DNA of 64,000 nt, taken from the IMG/VR virus record IMGVR_UViG_3300042384_000288, positions 47,108 to 111,107 of that record; one strand, given 5' to 3'. The translations under genes and the position numbers were made by a program. The stretch's first letter is position 1; each line of letters starts with the position of its first letter. Below the pieces are notes generated by a model. That model saw nothing but the letters and a program-made list of their open reading frames with translations, was not told the origin of the DNA and searched no databases. Below, one piece after another: positions 58,659 to 64,000 of the stretch. Origin of the DNA: a virus.

Positions 58659-59078
58659 CTAAGAAATTTTACATTTACGTAAAACTTTTGTTGCTGTGGT
58701 AAATTCTGAGGCAAGATTATCAAATACTTCTTCTACTGGCAATTGAACATAAGCACGTGTCATGTATGCTGTACACCCAAGTTCGGCATAATAGGTATCT
58801 GTAGGCCAACGACGTTGGTTCCACCCCATGGCATTGATTAACAAACATTCATCGCCTACGGCTTTTAATATCTGCTTACGTTGACTTACGGGTAGTTGAC
58901 TGCTGGCCATTAGTTTAACTCCTAACGGTTCAGTATTGATCATGGGTTTGTCTAAAAAATGTGCGAATAAGTGTACTACATAGGCTTCTACATCGTGGGC
59001 TAAGTTAATAGTAAGGCTTTGTTCAGCTTCTTTGATCAGCTGGTAGGATTCTTTAACGTAAGTTTCCCAGTTGGTCAT
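58659..59078 (-). CDS. Hypothetical protein
   Basis: Start revised to MTNWETY; EAYVVHL, GDECL motifs. Confidence 0.6.
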   Translation of the reverse strand: MTNWETYVKESYQLIKEAEQSLTINLAHDVEAYVVHLFAHFLDKPMINTEPLGVKLMASSQLPVSQRKQILKAVGDECLLINAMGWNQRRWPTDTYYAELGCTAYMTRAYVQLPVEEVFDNLASEFTTATKVLRKCKIS

Positions 59079-59082
59079 AGTA

Positions 59083-59895
59083 TTACCACTTACGACAGCT
59101 CCAATATCTGGCAGATGTTCTTGGTCCTGGGTTAGCACAGTTATGACGTGCTCTAAATGACTTGCGACGTGCTGGATTAGATTTCTTAATACGCATGTTA
59201 GGATCACCAAAGTTTACTTTTTTGATGTTGCCTGTGCTAGGATCTTTAACGTAGACTTTAAACTTCTTAACATCACCTTGCATTGGTTTGCCTAAGGGAA
59301 CTTTATGTCCATGATATTCAGCTTCATCTAGTTGTTCATCTTCGTTGTACCACAGTTCACCGTAGGCTTCAAAGAATTCATCACCTTCGTAAGTTTCTTC
59401 TAGCGGAACGCAGTTATTAACTCGCACGTCACCTTTCATTTTAGTGCCTTGCTTTTTGTAACCTTTCCAACATTTAGCATCTAAACGTTGTGATTCTGCT
59501 AACTGTACTGAACTAGACTGTAAGTACTGTGGGAATTGCTCGTTGAACTCACGCATAATAACACCAGCTTCTGCATTAGCTTCGTTCTCAATTGGACTGC
59601 CTGTTTCGCCAGAAGTGCTATCAAGTTGATCGTCTTGCCCTTGCGCATAGTGTACCATTTCGTGTGCTAGTGTACGCAAGATATCTACAGGATTGCGATT
59701 ATCAACAACTACATAAATTACCTGTTCGTTGTCGACATAACGACCAAATGTTGTGTCTTCTAGTGATTTAACTAAACGAATTTTAGGAATGTGATCTAAG
59801 TTTAAATGTTCAACTGCAATAGGCAAGAAGTCACGCAGCGCATCTATCAGCGTTGGCTTGGGTGGCCCTTGTTCAAACATTTCAAATAAGTTCAT
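59083..59895 (-). CDS. Multi-module protein: HExxH zincin-like domain plus basic Cys-containing modules
   Basis: RTLAHEMVH...ENEAN; CWKGY...NNCVP; RKSFRARHNC...RYWSC. Confidence 0.65.
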   Translation of the reverse strand: MNLFEMFEQGPPKPTLIDALRDFLPIAVEHLNLDHIPKIRLVKSLEDTTFGRYVDNEQVIYVVVDNRNPVDILRTLAHEMVHYAQGQDDQLDSTSGETGSPIENEANAEAGVIMREFNEQFPQYLQSSSVQLAESQRLDAKCWKGYKKQGTKMKGDVRVNNCVPLEETYEGDEFFEAYGELWYNEDEQLDEAEYHGHKVPLGKPMQGDVKKFKVYVKDPSTGNIKKVNFGDPNMRIKKSNPARRKSFRARHNCANPGPRTSARYWSCRKW

Positions 59896-62864
59896 TATAC
59901 TAATCCTGCTAGTCGACGTATAGTATTTATAGATTCGTTTGCTTGTGTTGGTAATGCTCTAACTGTTAAAGCACCACTTTCTAGTCCTAGGTCTTGTTCT
60001 AATTCACGTGCTTTACGATGAGCATAAACCATATCAGCACCTTGTATTCTTGATACTATTGAGCCATCATCTCTTACAACTTCAAAATCTGTAGCAGCGG
60101 TCTGTGGCACTGCGGGTTCCAATGGTAATTCCTGTTGTGCAGGGCCAATTCTGCGATACTCGTGATGGAAATCGTAATCTGATTCGTAATTCTGTTCAAA
60201 TTCACTGAACTTTCTATTTGCGTCTGTTTCGCTGTCGGCGTGGAATTGGTGTACTACTACTCCGCTGTCTGGCGCATATATCTCATAATTAGGTACTGGA
60301 GTTGCACCTTGTTCGCTAGCATCACGCTCACTGCTGATACCACGACGACGTAGTTCACGTTTAATAATAACTCTAAAGTAAGCAGTCTGTTGATCATTTA
60401 ATACTGCGGTTGTGCTGACATTGCGCAATACGTTGATTAGATCCATGTCACTCTTATCAGCTACGTTATCTAACCAATCACGATGTGCTTGAGGTAAACT
60501 ATCACGTACTGCATTTTCGGCACCACCTGCGTTGGCAGCTAGTTCACTATTGTTATTAGTGGTGGGTTCGGCTTGCGTTGCTCTATAGTATCTAGTATCA
60601 ACATTGTTAACACTACCGTATATGCGTAATGCTTCGTCGCTAGTTCTTGCGTTTACAGTACCAGCGGGTTCACCTAGACCATTTATAATATTCCACGTTA
60701 CTTCCGGACGACCAGCATCTTGTGTAGTAGCAATGGCTTCTAAATCGTGTAGGCCCACTGATATCCGTTGCTCTCGCATGAATATATCTGCGGCTTTAAG
60801 TTTAGCCTGACGTGGACTATCAGCATCGACAAATACTGGGTCTTGATCTACATGTCTACCACGAGCAAAGTAAACCTTCCAGCGTGTTTCATTACCGTCC
60901 GTTACACCTTGATCCATTCTATTGCGTAGTTCGGCATCAATCTGTTTAACTATCCAGCCACTGGCATCTGCATCTAGATTCTCACCACCACCCCTAGTCA
61001 TTCGTTCTCTAACTGAATTTATTGTATCTACAGTAACCGTAGGTAGGGTATCTGCTATCCAGTCAATCCAACTAAGTGGCACTGATGCTGGAGCAGTATC
61101 TGAATTTGCATTTTTATCCACAAACAATTCAGCTTTAAGTTTGCTGATACTTTGTTCACGGTTCATACCCATTTGTTTACCGCCTAGGATGATAGCGGCT
61201 GTTTCACTAGCGGCAAATACCATTTGCTTACCGCCGGTGCCATCTTTGTTCATAACCCAGTACTGTACTTCTTCGCCTTTCTTCTCTTTACGTGCTACCT
61301 GTGCTTGACGAACATTATCAACTAATTCTGCTTTGTTGATTTGTCCAAGAGCATAGCGACTGAACAGAGCTACTGAGTTGTTAGGGTCAGTCCACTCGCC
61401 TTCTGGGCTAATTAGTTTGTATAGTTTCTTAGCGTATTCTTGTTTGTAAGCTGATTCGTCTGTGGCAATGCGTAGGCTCTGTGCTAGACGTAGAGCAGTA
61501 TTAACAAGTTTAGGTAAGTCTTCGTTTAGATAATCGCCGCCCGGGCCGCGGAACTCTACGTAGTTGCCTTTGGTGTTGATACTTGTATACTTTTGTGTGA
61601 TACCACTATGTACTAATTTACTAGCGGCCGCACCTAGGTGTTCTTTCATCTTAGCCAACAATGCCGTGGCATTTTCTGGATTCTGTTGAATCTTTTCTTT
61701 AACAATCTTCATAGCACTTTTAGCATAGGTGTTATAAGCACGACCAAACTCTTGAAGTACGTATTCATCACCCAGGAACAATGCTAGTTTAACGTAGTCT
61801 AGATTATCAGTGGTCATGTTAGGCACACTGATATTCATGTGTAGGCCCGTTGATTTGTTAGTATAACAACCTGCCAACTTAGCCCATTGTTTAACTTTTT
61901 TCAACATAGTCAAGCCATCTTTAAGCGGCATTGCTGGACTGATAAACTCTAGGCCTGCGTCACCTTGATTAGCATCAATTGACGCATCGGGCTCAATGAT
62001 AAAATAACCTTGTTCTTGTTGTTGACTACGACTTCCGCTGTGGTAGCCACTAAAACCACGTGCTTCATATCCAGTAGCACCATAAAAGTCATCTGCTATT
62101 TGATCTACGTCTGCGTCACCACCATAGTTGCCTTCGTTAGCATCGGACATGTGTGGCCAATCAAAGCCCCACTGACGTTCGGCGTCCTGCATGTCGTTGA
62201 CACCAATGTCACTTAACCATGCTGCTTGATCGCCATCACCACCGTTACGGAAATCATCTTCCATCTCCTGGCGTGCTTCATCGTAGGCAGATTGATACTC
62301 ATTACTATTAGTATCTCCCATCAGGTCGTCTATTCGATCCTCAATCATTTGTAATGTTAGATCGCGAATCTCTGCATTAGCTTCTTCACTAGTAGCATCT
62401 TTGTCTGGGTTTGCTTCTTTCCAGCGTTGATGTGCTTCTTCGGATGCATCATCACGACTAACTTCATCTTCTAAACGTTCACGAATTGACTTATCTAAAT
62501 CATCTACATTATCATCTATATAACGATTAGCAGCTTCATAACTCCATTCTAAGTATTCATCAAACATCTCACTTCGAGCACGATCTGCATCACTGCGACC
62601 CATATTACTGAAATCACCGTTACGGAAGAAGTTAACAATATCGTCAATGTCATAGGCGCTTTCGTTTTGTTCGTAGTCGTATTCCCAGTCGGGTTCATCA
62701 TCACCTGTGCTGGTATTGGGTACACACATTTCAAATTCAATACCCATAAGCATACCATCAGCTTCTGGACTGTTAGCGAACGCTTCTAGGCTAGATGGAC
62801 TCATTGATACTTCATCAATGATCTCTGCTTCTTTTAAGGCTTGTTTAATTTGACTATAACGCAT
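59895..62864 (-). CDS. Putative amidoligase (COOH-NH2 ligase) with C-terminal repeats
   Basis: GIEFE, EPDASI, GLEFISP, TNKSTGLHMNIS, KYTSIN, VEFRGPGG; ends ESINTIRRLAGLV; ATAAATA late motif upstream. Confidence 0.75.
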   Translation of the reverse strand: MRYSQIKQALKEAEIIDEVSMSPSSLEAFANSPEADGMLMGIEFEMCVPNTSTGDDEPDWEYDYEQNESAYDIDDIVNFFRNGDFSNMGRSDADRARSEMFDEYLEWSYEAANRYIDDNVDDLDKSIRERLEDEVSRDDASEEAHQRWKEANPDKDATSEEANAEIRDLTLQMIEDRIDDLMGDTNSNEYQSAYDEARQEMEDDFRNGGDGDQAAWLSDIGVNDMQDAERQWGFDWPHMSDANEGNYGGDADVDQIADDFYGATGYEARGFSGYHSGSRSQQQEQGYFIIEPDASIDANQGDAGLEFISPAMPLKDGLTMLKKVKQWAKLAGCYTNKSTGLHMNISVPNMTTDNLDYVKLALFLGDEYVLQEFGRAYNTYAKSAMKIVKEKIQQNPENATALLAKMKEHLGAAASKLVHSGITQKYTSINTKGNYVEFRGPGGDYLNEDLPKLVNTALRLAQSLRIATDESAYKQEYAKKLYKLISPEGEWTDPNNSVALFSRYALGQINKAELVDNVRQAQVARKEKKGEEVQYWVMNKDGTGGKQMVFAASETAAIILGGKQMGMNREQSISKLKAELFVDKNANSDTAPASVPLSWIDWIADTLPTVTVDTINSVRERMTRGGGENLDADASGWIVKQIDAELRNRMDQGVTDGNETRWKVYFARGRHVDQDPVFVDADSPRQAKLKAADIFMREQRISVGLHDLEAIATTQDAGRPEVTWNIINGLGEPAGTVNARTSDEALRIYGSVNNVDTRYYRATQAEPTTNNNSELAANAGGAENAVRDSLPQAHRDWLDNVADKSDMDLINVLRNVSTTAVLNDQQTAYFRVIIKRELRRRGISSERDASEQGATPVPNYEIYAPDSGVVVHQFHADSETDANRKFSEFEQNYESDYDFHHEYRRIGPAQQELPLEPAVPQTAATDFEVVRDDGSIVSRIQGADMVYAHRKARELEQDLGLESGALTVRALPTQANESINTIRRLAGLV

Positions 62865-62884
62865 ATTAAGTATTTATCGTTGTG

Positions 62885-63397
62885 TTAATCATTGACCCAC
62901 AGTTCGAGTGAGTAGTTGCCGCGCTGGCTGGACCATGGCTGGCCTAGTTGCTTAAAGCCCTGTGCTACTAAATTATTCTTTGATGCTGTGTTATCTGATC
63001 TGGTTGTGGCAAATATGTTCGAGCCAGCAGATGCTAATAATTTTTGACTTACAGCGGTGTTTAATCCCTGTCGACGATAGTTAGGATCTGTATATGAATA
63101 GCCCTTTTCATAACGATAACGATTGGCTAACTCACTAACGCCGGCAGCAGTGAATACTTTAGTCTTGTATGTATCCAATGGTGTTTTTAATGCTGTAATA
63201 GCAATAATATCACCTTGTTCATTTGTGGCATAGCTCAACATCTGTGCTCGTTGTACACCCGCACGGGCATTGGCGGCTGATACCTCACTGCCCTGAGCAA
63301 TAAAGTCGCTGAGTTTACCTAGTTGCTCTGCTGACAGTTGACCTGGTCGCACAGCAACTACACTATTATCTTCAGTTAAAAATTCATTTGCTCTCAT
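62885..63397 (-). CDS. GNAT acetyltransferase with MRANEFLTE leader
   Basis: TDPNYRRQGL acetyl-CoA motif, N.AS...L...GF. Confidence 0.75.
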   Translation of the reverse strand: MRANEFLTEDNSVVAVRPGQLSAEQLGKLSDFIAQGSEVSAANARAGVQRAQMLSYATNEQGDIIAITALKTPLDTYKTKVFTAAGVSELANRYRYEKGYSYTDPNYRRQGLNTAVSQKLLASAGSNIFATTRSDNTASKNNLVAQGFKQLGQPWSSQRGNYSLELWVND

Positions 63398-63415
63398 AGT
63401 CAATCCACGTATTCT

Positions 63416-63493
63416 TGCTCACTTTTGGCATCCCTCCAGGCCAGCAGCCGGCCACACTATACCGTCCTAAGACGGCCCTAAGGTAGGAGTGTT
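63416..63493 (-). ncRNA. Candidate GC-rich structured RNA
   Basis: Nested helices ACACT/AGTGT, CCGTC-TTAG-GACGG, GGCCGG-CTG-CTGGCC and TGG/CCA, followed by AAAGTGAGC. Confidence 0.45.
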
Positions 63494-63495
63494 CT

Positions 63496-63804
63496 TTAAT
63501 CTATTCGTTCGCCTTCTTCTCTTGCTATACGGGCAATATTGTTTGACGCACGAGCAGGTTGTATATCAAAATTTTCGTATCTTCTTGCTATAGATTGTAA
63601 TATCCTAGTAACATTGATATACTCATCACCTACTATGTTATCAGGAACAATAACTAAGATATCCCAGTCACTTTCATCGTGTTCAGTTCCAATTACCCTG
63701 CTACCGTGAAACCATATTTCTTCTGCTGGCACTTGAGCTTTGATTTGATCTACTATAGTATCAAAAAACTCGTACGACTCGGTTAAGAATTCATTGGCTC
63801 TCAT
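63496..63804 (-). CDS. Minimal nucleotidyltransferase (Pol-beta/MNT fold) with MRANEFLTE leader
   Basis: WFHGSR...ESDWDILV (GS...DxD) and a later FDI. Confidence 0.8.
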   Translation of the reverse strand: MRANEFLTESYEFFDTIVDQIKAQVPAEEIWFHGSRVIGTEHDESDWDILVIVPDNIVGDEYINVTRILQSIARRYENFDIQPARASNNIARIAREEGERID

Positions 63805-63805
63805 A

Positions 63806-64000
63806 TTAGCTCTTATAATAGAAGTAGTGTATATCTTCTTCTGGATTATACTTTACTACTAAATCGTCTAACACAAACTCATCACCATATTCGTCAACTA
63901 ATTGTGCGAATGTAGTAGCGTCACCAAAGATGTATTCGATAACATCATCGTCGGTACAGTTGCCTTGGTAGTTTAACTTGGCATCTTCAGTTAATTCTGT
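63806..64000 (-). CDS. Acidic hypothetical protein, 5'-truncated by the window edge
   Basis: Open frame TELTEDAKLNYQG...IHYFYYKS*. Confidence 0.55.
   Translation of the reverse strand, partial: TELTEDAKLNYQGNCTDDDVIEYIFGDATTFAQLVDEYGDEFVLDDLVVKYNPEEDIHYFYYKS

Noticed and set aside
1110-62758. Many short ORF-track entries antisense to or nested in long genes (e.g. 1110..1304, 13075..13356, 45153..45485, 60922..61308)
   Set aside because: Shadow frames of well-supported genes, with no SD or recognisable motif.
1-64000. Stop-codon reassignment, as seen in some large phages
   Set aside because: Standard-code ORFs tile the window, and TAA, TAG and TGA all end genes at coupled junctions.
1-64000. 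CRISPR array, tRNA or rRNA genes
   Set aside because: No regularly spaced direct repeats or cloverleaf with T-loop seen; intergenic gaps are short and otherwise explained. Checked by eye only.

Overview
Window from a large T4-related (jumbo-type) dsDNA bacteriophage using the standard genetic code. The + strand arm (1-26131) carries tail/virion structural genes followed by a roughly 23 kb carbohydrate-tailoring locus: several glycosyltransferase-like genes, five radical-SAM genes (six radical-SAM domains), SGNH proteins, a NodU/CmcH-type carbamoyltransferase, an APS-kinase-like gene and a repeat-rich glycosyltransferase. The - strand arm (26073-64000) carries NDP-sugar enzymes, thyA/DHFR, a MoxR AAA-ATPase with its VWA-metallopeptidase partner, RNase H, and a 7-deazaguanine DNA-modification cluster. 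That cluster has folE, a two-domain queD, queE, a TGT-fold dpdA and an LxxxHRHxF QueD paralogue, but no queC in the window; a glycosyltransferase, PRTase, MazG-like gene and short aminotransferase are interleaved. Further along are a sliding clamp, a family B DNA polymerase and enzymes sharing an N-terminal MRANEFLTE tag (candidate virion-packaged effectors). There are two intact and three relic homing endonucleases. Two of them share a covarying two-hairpin element whose G-U pairs indicate it folds on the antisense strand, with the anti-Shine-Dalgarno in a loop and flanking convergent late-promoter motifs. No tRNA, rRNA or CRISPR array was seen. All calls are from motif reading by eye; no database searches were run.
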